52,350 bases of DNA from NCBI GenBank assembly GCA_027451625.1, contig DAIDIY010000047.1, positions 1-52,350 on the forward strand. Direction: 5' to 3'. Made by a program: the position numbers and the translations under genes. Positions 29,058 to 38,148 of this stretch are shown piece by piece. Numbering within the stretch: position 1 is the stretch's first letter; every line of letters starts with the position of its first letter. This DNA is from Candidatus Daviesbacteria bacterium. Lineage in GTDB: Bacteria; Patescibacteriota; Microgenomatia; Daviesbacterales; UBA10151. The notes beneath the pieces are model-generated. The model did no database searches. It was not told the origin of the DNA and saw only the letters and a program-made list of their open reading frames with translations.

Positions 29058-30113
29058 ATGGGTACTTTAAAAAAAGAACGTGTACTAATCACTGGAGGAT
29101 CGGGTTTTTTAGGGATCAATTTAGCTAGGTTTTTATTCAACAAAGGGTATCAGATAACTATTTTAGATATAGCTCCTTTTGATTATTCAGACATCAAAGA
29201 TAAAGTTAAAGTAGTCATTGGAGATGTTAGAAATAAAAAAGATGTTGCTTCAGCGATGAAAGATGCAGATTATGTTATACATACAGCAGCAGCCTTGCCT
29301 CTTTATAAAGAAGAGGATATCATATCTACAGAAGTTGAAGGAACTAAAAATATCCTCTTAGGCGCATTTAAAAATAAACTAAAAAAGGTTATTCATATCT
29401 CGTCCACTGCAGTATATGGAGTTCCTAATCATCATCCAATATATGAAACAGATAAGCTGCAAGGAGTAGGTCCATATGGAAACGCTAAAATTGAAGCAGA
29501 AGCCGAATGCCAAAGATGGCGCCAAAAAGGACTTTGCGTCACCATATTTAGACCAAAATCTTTTGTTGGTCCTGAAAGATTAGGTGTATTTGCTCTTTTT
29601 TATGACTGGGCTTATTCAGGCAAAAATTTTCCTCTTATGGGAAATGGCAAAAACAGATATCAGCTTCTTGACGTATCTGATGTATGCCAGGCTGTTTATC
29701 TGGCATTAACTTTAAAAAAATCTCAGGTGAACGATACATTTAATATCGGCGCTGAAAAATTTACAACTATGAAAGAAGACTACCAGGCAGTTTTAGATTA
29801 TGCAGGACACAATAAAAAAATTATAACTTTTCCTGCTACTCCAGTGATATTATTTTTGAGATTCCTTGAATTTCTTCATCTCTCTCCTCTTTATAAATGG
29901 GTTTATGAAACAGCTGCTACAGATTCATTTGTTTCCATTGACAAGGCAAAAAAAAATCTTGGCTTTAAACCTAAATTTTCAAATAAACAAGCTCTAATAA
30001 AAAATTACAAATGGTATGTTTCTAATATTGACCAGTTTCAAGGGATATCGGGTGTATCACACCGAGTCCCTTGGAGACAAGGAGCACTCACTTTGGTAAA
30101 ATTATTTTTTTAA
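29058..30113 (+). CDS. NAD-dependent epimerase/dehydratase (extended SDR)
   Basis: ITGGSGFLG, HISSTAVYG, YGNAK (YxxxK). Confidence 0.92.
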   Translation: MGTLKKERVLITGGSGFLGINLARFLFNKGYQITILDIAPFDYSDIKDKVKVVIGDVRNKKDVASAMKDADYVIHTAAALPLYKEEDIISTEVEGTKNILLGAFKNKLKKVIHISSTAVYGVPNHHPIYETDKLQGVGPYGNAKIEAEAECQRWRQKGLCVTIFRPKSFVGPERLGVFALFYDWAYSGKNFPLMGNGKNRYQLLDVSDVCQAVYLALTLKKSQVNDTFNIGAEKFTTMKEDYQAVLDYAGHNKKIITFPATPVILFLRFLEFLHLSPLYKWVYETAATDSFVSIDKAKKNLGFKPKFSNKQALIKNYKWYVSNIDQFQGISGVSHRVPWRQGALTLVKLFF

Positions 30114-30176
30114 TCAGTTGAAAACCTTAATAGATAGATTTAGGATGGAAAGTAGTCTACAATTATTTATAAATTT

Positions 30177-30842
30177 ATGAATATCGGTTTTGATCTGGAT
30201 AAAGTTTTTATAGATTATCCCCCACTTATTCCTCAAACAACAATTGATTGGCTGTATAAACATAGCATCAAAGAATTAATCCATCCTGGAGATTCTCACC
30301 TTCATTACAATATTCCTAAAAACAGATATGCTATCATGATTCGAAAACTAAGCCATCATCGTCTACTTAGGCCGAAAATTTCTCGAAATATCGCATTTTT
30401 AGAGTATCTAAAATCAAATTATCCACAGATTAATCTGTACTTAATATCTAGCCGATATTCATTTTTAGAAAATACGACAATAGAAATTCTCCGCAAATAT
30501 GAAATTCTTCCTTATTTCCAAAAAATTTTCTTAAATAGTAAAGATGAACAACCTCATATATTTAAACAAAAAATTATAAATAGAGTAAAAATAGATTTAT
30601 ATATAGATGATGACCTTAATCTCTTAGAACACCTTAGAAAAAACTGCGTTAAAACTGGTCTTTTGTGGTATCATCCAGATGCAAACAAATCCCATATTGA
30701 TCATATTAAGCAGATCTCAAGCCTGACTCAAGTGGTAGGATATATCAATATTAATAAGGATTCGGATCCAATCATATCTTCACAGCCTGTAGAAGTTTTA
30801 AAAAATAGGTTATCTTTAAACTTAGCCCAAAGTTTTAAATGA
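30177..30842 (+). CDS. HAD-superfamily phosphatase-like protein
   Basis: IGFDLDKV (DxD), ISSR, K, YIDDD motifs. Confidence 0.75.
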   Translation: MNIGFDLDKVFIDYPPLIPQTTIDWLYKHSIKELIHPGDSHLHYNIPKNRYAIMIRKLSHHRLLRPKISRNIAFLEYLKSNYPQINLYLISSRYSFLENTTIEILRKYEILPYFQKIFLNSKDEQPHIFKQKIINRVKIDLYIDDDLNLLEHLRKNCVKTGLLWYHPDANKSHIDHIKQISSLTQVVGYININKDSDPIISSQPVEVLKNRLSLNLAQSFK

Positions 30843-30870
30843 ATCTAAAGATTTCAGGTTCTTGTAATAT

Positions 30871-33060
30871 ATGCTTTCAGATTTTGTATATATTTTTATA
30901 TTTTGGTTAGTTTTATTCTCAATAGGTTTAGTCTTTTTACCTTTGACAGTAACTATTTTCAATAAGTTCTTCGACAGAGGTTATATTTTTTCAAAAATAT
31001 TAGGTCTTACAATAATCAGTTATTTAATATGGATTCTATCAAGTTTTAAAATTTTTCCATTTGCTACATGGGAGATAATTTTAGTATTTTTAGCGTTTAT
31101 CATCTTCAATACATATCTTGCTTCTAAGACTGGCCTAAAACAAATTATTACTTTGCCAATTAAATTATTTGTGGTAGAAGAAGCTATCTTTCTTTTTTGC
31201 CTAACATTCTGGTCATACATTCGCGGATTCAATCCTCAGATTCATGGATTAGAAAAATTTATGGATTATGGATTCGTTAATTCGATTATTCGTTCTACTT
31301 ATTTTCCTCCAAAAGATTTATGGTTAACTCCTTTCACAATCAATTATTACTATTTTGGTCATCTAGTTACTGTAGTCTTAACTAAACTCTCTGGGATCAA
31401 TCCCGATATTACCTATAATCTGATGATTGCCACTCTATTTGCATTTGCATTCAGTGCTTCGTTCTCAATTGGAACAAACCTGTTTCATAAATTAAACCCC
31501 AATTCAAATAAGCTTATCTTTTTAGCAGGATTCCTAAGTGCCTACTTGGTTAGTTTAGGAGGAAACTTACATACGATATACATTTTTTTTCAAACGTATA
31601 CTCCTCCGGACAAGCCGGTACCGTTTTGGCAACTTCCTCTCCAGCTGAATTTAACAGGTTATTGGTATCCAAATGCTACCAGGTTTATTCCTTTTACTAT
31701 TCATGAATTCCCTATATACTCTTTCGTTGTTTCAGATCTTCATGGGCATGTCTTAGACATACCATTTGTTTTGGTATTCATCGCATTTATAATTAAATTC
31801 TTTTTCGAACCTAAATTTACTAAGTTAGATCTTTTACTGAGCTCGTTACTAGTCGCAGTATTCTTAATGACCAATGTACTTGATGGTCCGATATATCTTA
31901 TGATTATTGGTCTGGTTTTTTATTCGAAAAAAGTCTACCAACAAGCTATTGACAAGGACATATCATTTATCAAGAGTATGACTCTTAATCATAATTCAGT
32001 AATACTTAATGTAATTAAACAGGTAGGTATAATAACTGTTCTGTCCATAGTATTATCTTTTCCTTTTTGGGTTAATTTTAAGCCGTTTGGAGCAGGAATT
32101 GGGGTTATATGTGCACCGACGTTTTTAACGAAGATTGGACACATAGGACCTCTGCTTTTTGAACCGGATCACTGTCAAAGATCGCCACTTTGGATGTTAC
32201 TTATTTTATGGGGACTACCTCTTTTCCTTACTTTAGTCTACCTATATTATTTAATCTATAAAAAACCTAAACAAAATTCTAAATTACATATTTTAGTCAC
32301 GACACTTCTTATTTCAGGATTTATTTTAGTTGCTATCCCAGAGATATTTTATGTTAAAGATATATACCCTGCCTACTATAGGGCTAACACAGTATTTAAA
32401 TTTGGTTATCAAGCATTTATAATCTTTGGACTGATCGGAGGATACATTCTAACCAGAATATTTGCCTCGGCAAAATCTATACCGATTGTAATCAAAGTTG
32501 TCACCTGTTTTTTATTGTTCCTGGCTGCGATTTATCCATATTTTGCAATCAATTCATATTATGGATCCCTTGCTTCTTATAAAGGACTTAATGGTTTTAA
32601 TTATTTCTCAACCCTGTATCCCCAAGATTACAAGGCAATCCTTTGGTTAAGACAGAATATTTCAGGTCAACCTGTAATTTTAGAAGCTCAAGGGGATTCT
32701 TATACAGACTATGCTAGAGTTTCATCTAACACTGGTTTACCAACTATTTTGGGTTGGCCTGTTCATGAATGGCTTTGGAGAGGTAGATATTCAGACAATT
32801 CTGTGGTCACTGGTAATTTTGATCCGACAATTCATGATGTTCCAGCTCCTAGAGTTAATGAAGTTACTACACTCTATCAAACATCAGATATTCAACTGAC
32901 CAAAGAGCTTCTTAAAAAATATCAAGTTCGTTATGTATTTATTGGAGCTTTGGAACGGCAGAAGTATCTAAATTTAAACGAGGTAAAATTTACCAAATTA
33001 GGTAAGATAGTTTTTTCTGATGGATTTACTAGTATTTATAAAATTAATCAAAATCTATAA
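30871..33060 (+). CDS. DUF2298 / Chlor_Arch_YYY-domain membrane protein (GT-C-like)
   Basis: EKFMDYGF, INYYYFGH, IHEFPIYSFVVSDLHGH, RANTVFKF, GLPTILGWPVHEWLWR. Confidence 0.88.
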   Translation: MLSDFVYIFIFWLVLFSIGLVFLPLTVTIFNKFFDRGYIFSKILGLTIISYLIWILSSFKIFPFATWEIILVFLAFIIFNTYLASKTGLKQIITLPIKLFVVEEAIFLFCLTFWSYIRGFNPQIHGLEKFMDYGFVNSIIRSTYFPPKDLWLTPFTINYYYFGHLVTVVLTKLSGINPDITYNLMIATLFAFAFSASFSIGTNLFHKLNPNSNKLIFLAGFLSAYLVSLGGNLHTIYIFFQTYTPPDKPVPFWQLPLQLNLTGYWYPNATRFIPFTIHEFPIYSFVVSDLHGHVLDIPFVLVFIAFIIKFFFEPKFTKLDLLLSSLLVAVFLMTNVLDGPIYLMIIGLVFYSKKVYQQAIDKDISFIKSMTLNHNSVILNVIKQVGIITVLSIVLSFPFWVNFKPFGAGIGVICAPTFLTKIGHIGPLLFEPDHCQRSPLWMLLILWGLPLFLTLVYLYYLIYKKPKQNSKLHILVTTLLISGFILVAIPEIFYVKDIYPAYYRANTVFKFGYQAFIIFGLIGGYILTRIFASAKSIPIVIKVVTCFLLFLAAIYPYFAINSYYGSLASYKGLNGFNYFSTLYPQDYKAILWLRQNISGQPVILEAQGDSYTDYARVSSNTGLPTILGWPVHEWLWRGRYSDNSVVTGNFDPTIHDVPAPRVNEVTTLYQTSDIQLTKELLKKYQVRYVFIGALERQKYLNLNEVKFTKLGKIVFSDGFTSIYKINQNL

Positions 33061-33495
33061 GTATTCTTCTCCTGATATCTGAACTATTAAGCTTCTATCT
33101 CTTATGTGGTCCAATTCGATAAAAAAAATATTTTGATAAGTTCCCAAAAGTAGTTTCCCATCAGATATAGGTATAATTTCAGAAGGTCCTAGAAGAAGAT
33201 GCTGACAATGTGAATGTGCATTAGGTTTTTTATCCAGCAGGTGATCAGGACTTTTTGAATGATTATACAAAGCCTCCTTGGGAGCAAGAGAGCAAAGAAA
33301 GTTTTTTATATCTTGCTCCAATAACTTTTCTGACTCTTGAATTATTACCGCTGCAGTCGTATGTCGAGAGAATATCAGAACCTGACCGTCTTTTATATTA
33401 CTTTCTTTTACCAAATCTCCTATTTTATCTGTAATATTAATCAGATCTGGAGCTTTATTTCGACTCTTTAAAGAGATAGTTGTTGTCTTTATCAT
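33055..33495 (-). CDS. yjbQ: YjbQ/UPF0047 family protein
   Basis: HTTAAVIIQE, NAHSHC, LLLGTYQNIFFIELD. Confidence 0.9.
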   Translation of the reverse strand: MIKTTTISLKSRNKAPDLINITDKIGDLVKESNIKDGQVLIFSRHTTAAVIIQESEKLLEQDIKNFLCSLAPKEALYNHSKSPDHLLDKKPNAHSHCQHLLLGPSEIIPISDGKLLLGTYQNIFFIELDHIRDRSLIVQISGEEYL

Positions 33496-33534
33496 TTTAG
33501 AAATTTATTATTTGTTATATTATTAGTCTTTGAA

Positions 33535-34101
33535 ATGATAAAAACTACACGGCCAAAAAGTCTAAGTTATAAAAGTTTCGAATCATCTTACAAGAAGCTG
33601 GCTCTGCCTATAATGAAATTTATTATTAAAAGAATGGGAACAAACAGTCCGGAAGCAGAAGAGATTTTTTCTCAAACTATGATTGCTGCTTGGCAAGGAT
33701 GGCTAACGTTTGAACACAAGAGTAGCTATTTTACATGGATTTGTCGGATAGCCCTTAATAAAATAGCAGATTATTACCGCAAAGAGATTAATAATCATTC
33801 CAGATTAATAGCTCCAACTCTAGAAGAGATAGCAAATATAGGAGATCCGAGCATAACTATTGATGAGTCATTAGCTCTTTTAGAATTAAGACAATCTGTA
33901 AGAGAATGTCTTAACCTACTACCAGAGCATAAAAGACAGTTACTATACCTTAGATTCTGGAAAGAACTAACCTATAGCGAGATCGCTAAATTATTAAATC
34001 AGAGCAATAGATCTATAGAAGGCAAACTATATAGATACAAAATTGAGCTTAAAAAAATTTTGATTTCGAAATACCCGGAGTTAATTGCGATTAAAAATTA
34101 G
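33535..34101 (+). CDS. ECF RNA polymerase sigma factor
   Basis: AEEIFSQT, SYFTWICRIALN (region 2), LTYSEIAKLL (region 4). Confidence 0.9.
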   Translation: MIKTTRPKSLSYKSFESSYKKLALPIMKFIIKRMGTNSPEAEEIFSQTMIAAWQGWLTFEHKSSYFTWICRIALNKIADYYRKEINNHSRLIAPTLEEIANIGDPSITIDESLALLELRQSVRECLNLLPEHKRQLLYLRFWKELTYSEIAKLLNQSNRSIEGKLYRYKIELKKILISKYPELIAIKN

Positions 34102-34150
34102 TATCTTCGCTGATTTTTTAAGATTAGAAATAAACGAAATACAAAGATAG

Positions 34151-35185
34151 TTATTTTTGCCTCTGGATTAAAAAATCAGCCATCTCAGAAAGGAGCTTTT
34201 TATGACCATGACTTACATTCATTCTTTGAATTATTTTATGAGCTTCTGAAACTAATCTTTGCGAATAATTCTGAGCAAAATCTAAAGCACCTGTACTAAT
34301 AAATAACTGCTTAACTTTTTCAAGATCTTCTTCATTTATCTCTCCATGACCATAATAGTCTCTTAAGACTTTTTTACTAAGACCACTTGATTTCTCAGCT
34401 GCTATAATATAAAGAATAGTTACTTTACCTTCTGCTACATCTGAAGTTACTGATTTTCCCAACTCTTTTTCATTACCAAATACTCCAAGAACATCATCTT
34501 GAATTTGGTAAGCTATTCCTAAATTTTCTCCTAGCAGCTTCAGTTGATAAAGAAGCTTGTCATCTCCATCTGCCAAAATTGCTCCAATTAGCAAAGGATA
34601 AACGATAGTATAATAAGCAGTCTTAAATTTATAGATTGTAATAACGTCATTTAGGCCATATTTTTGTTTCCGAGAAGCTAGTTTTACATCCAGCATTTCA
34701 CCTAACACTGTATTAATAAACATTTCAGAGAATGCTCCTAAAGCCTTAATTTTATTTTTATTGGAAAAGTTGGTTTCTGCGATTAAACGATTTGCAATGA
34801 AGAATCCAATATCTCCCAAACAAATAGTTTGAGCTATTGCTTCGTGATCTCCTCCCAAAGCTTGATACAAGGTTTTTTTACCTCTTCTTAGCATACTTTT
34901 ATCGATAATATCATCATGTGCTAGTATAGCTGTCTGAAAAATCTCTATAGCGGTTGATATTTTTAGTATATCTTCTGATTTTTCTCCACCACCAAGATCA
35001 TATCCTAGTTGCACCAAAGTTCCCCGGAGTCTTTTCCCCCCCTCAGAGCTACTTATAAAAGTTTTTGTTAAGGGTAATAATTTAGATGAGACTTGAGAGA
35101 CTCCTGAGTTCCATTTTTTAAGTTCTTGCCTCAAAGACTCATTAATATCAGTCCCTATTTGTTGTAAATAATCTAAAAAACCCAT
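34151..35185 (-). CDS. Trans-polyprenyl diphosphate synthase (FPP/GGPP synthase family)
   Basis: GGKRLRG, LAHDDIID...RRG, FKTAYY, YQIQDDVL, SDVAEGK. Confidence 0.93.
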   Translation of the reverse strand: MGFLDYLQQIGTDINESLRQELKKWNSGVSQVSSKLLPLTKTFISSSEGGKRLRGTLVQLGYDLGGGEKSEDILKISTAIEIFQTAILAHDDIIDKSMLRRGKKTLYQALGGDHEAIAQTICLGDIGFFIANRLIAETNFSNKNKIKALGAFSEMFINTVLGEMLDVKLASRKQKYGLNDVITIYKFKTAYYTIVYPLLIGAILADGDDKLLYQLKLLGENLGIAYQIQDDVLGVFGNEKELGKSVTSDVAEGKVTILYIIAAEKSSGLSKKVLRDYYGHGEINEEDLEKVKQLFISTGALDFAQNYSQRLVSEAHKIIQRMNVSHGHKKLLSEMADFLIQRQK

Positions 35186-35224
35186 CTGCTAAATTTAGCA
35201 TAAAGGTTTGGTATAATTCAATTC

Positions 35225-36019
35225 ATGTCAAGGAATCTTATTATCATCAAGATTGGAGGAAGTGTTATAACTGATAAGACTAAAGACATTCCGACTCCAA
35301 ATATTAAAATTATTAAAGATATAGGGCAACAGCTATCTCAACTTTATAAATTAGGGAGCTATCAGCTCTTACTGATTCATGGAGCAGGATCTTATGGTCA
35401 TCCTCTAGTCAAACAATTTAATTTAAATGAAGGAATAAAAACGGAAAAACAATTCTCAGCAGTCTCTCAAGTACAAAGTTTAATGATCCAATTAAATAAT
35501 CTAATGTTAAATTATTTCGATTTTCCTTGTACTGTTTTTCCTCCTCATTCTTTTATATATCAAGACAACAAAGAGCTCTCTTCTTTCAATACAGAGTTAA
35601 TCGAAAAAGCTCTTTCACAAAATATTGTTCCAGTTCTTTTTGGAGATATGATTTACGATATAAGTCTGGGATACTCAGTTGTCTCTGGAGACACATTAAC
35701 ATCTTACTTGGCTCAGAAGATATATCCCAAAAAAGTCATTTTTTTATCTGATGTCAACGGTATATATGATCGAAATCCTAAAATTTATTCAGAGGCTAAA
35801 CTGATTACTGAGATTAATAGCTCGAACTTAAAATCGGTACTAACCAAATTATCTACTAATAAATCAAATGATACAACTGGAGAGATGAGAGGAAAATTAT
35901 TAAGTATTCAAAAATATCTTCCAGGAATAGAAGTATTAATTATCAATGGAGGTTATCAACTAGATATTAGAGCTGCTGTCTCAGACTCATATCTTTTTGG
36001 GACCAAAATACTATTTTGA
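35225..36019 (+). CDS. Isopentenyl phosphate kinase (amino acid kinase family)
   Basis: KIGGSVITDK, HGAGSYGH (IPK His), PVLFGD, VSGD, DTTGEMRGK. Confidence 0.88.
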   Translation: MSRNLIIIKIGGSVITDKTKDIPTPNIKIIKDIGQQLSQLYKLGSYQLLLIHGAGSYGHPLVKQFNLNEGIKTEKQFSAVSQVQSLMIQLNNLMLNYFDFPCTVFPPHSFIYQDNKELSSFNTELIEKALSQNIVPVLFGDMIYDISLGYSVVSGDTLTSYLAQKIYPKKVIFLSDVNGIYDRNPKIYSEAKLITEINSSNLKSVLTKLSTNKSNDTTGEMRGKLLSIQKYLPGIEVLIINGGYQLDIRAAVSDSYLFGTKILF

Positions 36020-36678
36020 TTGTTTCCTATTATATCCAAATAATCAAAGACTATAGAAGGTAATCTCCCCGAAGGGCTTTCGAGCACAGGTGGACGATAT
36101 AAAGATCCCAATGAAGCTCTTAATCTATAACAATAAACTCCGTCCCAAGTTCCAGGTCTCCAACCTAACCTACCTAGATTAATTGAAGTATCCTTTGATA
36201 ATTTAGTAGATAAAAGATGAAGAGCAGATTTAACTTCTGGATGAAGATTTTCTGGAATCTCTGGAGTTTGTTGTCCATGTAGTGTATACAAAGGAGCCTG
36301 TAAAATATTGGAGGCAGAGTGCCAATAGATACCATCCACATCATTAAATTGAGATCCACGACCTCTTTTATTAGTCGTATGGAGCTCGTAGATATTAACC
36401 CAAACCCCCGGAGTCATTTGTACACGACAGAGGTGCCCATCCTTTAAGCTCTCTGGCGTCAAAATCTCTATTTGCAAACCGGCTGCTTCCTCTTCTAATA
36501 GTCTAAGAGTCGTTTGGAAATCACTCTCTCCAGGTTCTTGTGTCTCCATAGGGATCGTCAACATCCCAGCTACTTTACCTGTTACACGTTTAGAAGTATT
36601 TTCTCTCGTAGACAAAATTTTTCCATCAGGACCTACGATTACGGCGCAAACTCCAGAGATATTAACAATTTCATTCAT
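35956..36678 (-). CDS. Nudix-fold protein with degenerate Nudix box
   Basis: GVCAVIVGPDGKIL then GMLTIPMETQEPGESDFQTTLRLLEEEAAG. Confidence 0.65.
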   Translation of the reverse strand: MNEIVNISGVCAVIVGPDGKILSTRENTSKRVTGKVAGMLTIPMETQEPGESDFQTTLRLLEEEAAGLQIEILTPESLKDGHLCRVQMTPGVWVNIYELHTTNKRGRGSQFNDVDGIYWHSASNILQAPLYTLHGQQTPEIPENLHPEVKSALHLLSTKLSKDTSINLGRLGWRPGTWDGVYCYRLRASLGSLYRPPVLESPSGRLPSIVFDYLDIIGNNQNSILVPKRYESETAALISS

Positions 36679-36715
36679 ATAAACATCTACTTCAGATTTA
36701 GAAAGTCTCTCGAAA

Positions 36716-37486
36716 TTAGCTTTTCAAAGCAGTTTCAATGGCAGCTTTAACATCGGAATAAGAGGCAGCACCATCAATATATTTACCGTTTATAAATAAT
36801 CCTGGCGTTCCAGTCACACCAGCAGATTGTCCAGCTGCCGTATCATTTTTTACTTCAGAGACATATTTATTACTATCTATACAATCATTAAACTGTTGGC
36901 TATTAAGCCCAAGCTCTGAGGCGAATTGTTTTAACTTATCTTTTGAGAATACTCCAGAGTTTTCAGATCCTTGGGAAGAGAATAATTTATCATGATATTG
37001 CCAAAATTTACTTTGATCATTAGCACATCTTGCAGCATTAGCTGCATCAATAGATTCTGGGCCTAAAAAGGCATAATCACGGTAATAAAATTTAACTTTC
37101 CCAGTTTTAACATAATCATTAATTATTCCCGGAACATAAGGTTCCCATCCTTCGATTTGACCTTTTAAAGCAAGTGTCGTCTGGCTATTAGGTTGAAATC
37201 CGCTAACCGCTCCACAAAAAGGACATTGATAATCAGCAAATTCAATTACAGTAACTTTAGCTGAAGAATCTCCCAATGGAGGAAGATTCCCTACAGTAGG
37301 AGGTTTTGGAGTTGGTGAAGGATGAACAGGAGCTGAGGAAGGATTGATAGATGACTGATAATTATTTGCAGATAACAACTTTAATCTTTGAGGAGATAAA
37401 ACTCCTCCAGAAATTAATATAGAGACGCTTATCATAAGACTACCAAGTAATACTGCGGTCTCCACTGACAGACCCTTCTTTTTCAT
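36716..37486 (-). CDS. DsbA-family thiol-disulfide oxidoreductase
   Basis: TM anchor, EFADYQCPFC, GVTGTP cis-Pro loop. Confidence 0.92.
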   Translation of the reverse strand: MKKKGLSVETAVLLGSLMISVSILISGGVLSPQRLKLLSANNYQSSINPSSAPVHPSPTPKPPTVGNLPPLGDSSAKVTVIEFADYQCPFCGAVSGFQPNSQTTLALKGQIEGWEPYVPGIINDYVKTGKVKFYYRDYAFLGPESIDAANAARCANDQSKFWQYHDKLFSSQGSENSGVFSKDKLKQFASELGLNSQQFNDCIDSNKYVSEVKNDTAAGQSAGVTGTPGLFINGKYIDGAASYSDVKAAIETALKS

Positions 37487-37548
37487 TTGACTTAGTTTAT
37501 AACACTACTCGAAAATTTTCAATTTCAGATTAGGCACTTTTTATTTAG

Positions 37549-38136
37549 TTATTGATTATATTCATTCTGTGCCTCTTGAAAACCTTTTGTAATAATCGTA
37601 TCAATAGCTGAAACAGCCTTTTTAAGTACTCTCTCAATTTCTGTTTTTTCCTTAAGTTGAAATTCTTCAGTAACAAATATATTTGCATCCATGCTCTTTC
37701 TCCCTTGGTCGTTTAAATGAGTACTCTGATTACCAATTCCGATTCTTAGGCGAATAAATTGATCGCTACCCAAATTAGAAATAATAGACTCAACTCCGTG
37801 GTGTCCTCCTGCACTTCCTCCCATCCTAATTCTCAATCTCCCCAAAAGTAGATCCAAATCATCATGGACTATAATTAGGTCAATTAAAGAAACTTTATAA
37901 AAATGAACCAGAGCATTTACTGCCAAACCAGAGTTGTTCATATAAGTTTGAGGTTTAGCTAACAATAGATCTGATCCTACTTTTAGTATTTGAGAGTGAA
38001 ACTTAGTTGATTCTTCCCAATCAGCTTTTCGAGGATTATTTTTTTGGATAAATTTATTTAAAGCCATAAAACCTACGTTATGGCGTGTCCACAAATATTT
38101 CTCACCAGGATTTCCAAGACCGACAATCAGTTTCAT
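37549..38136 (-). CDS. pth: Peptidyl-tRNA hydrolase
   Basis: LIVGLGNPG, TRHNVG, KPQTYMNNSG, HDDLD, GGHHG, RLRIGIG. Confidence 0.97.
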   Translation of the reverse strand: MKLIVGLGNPGEKYLWTRHNVGFMALNKFIQKNNPRKADWEESTKFHSQILKVGSDLLLAKPQTYMNNSGLAVNALVHFYKVSLIDLIIVHDDLDLLLGRLRIRMGGSAGGHHGVESIISNLGSDQFIRLRIGIGNQSTHLNDQGRKSMDANIFVTEEFQLKEKTEIERVLKKAVSAIDTIITKGFQEAQNEYNQ

Positions 38137-38148
38137 TGTTCTATAGAA

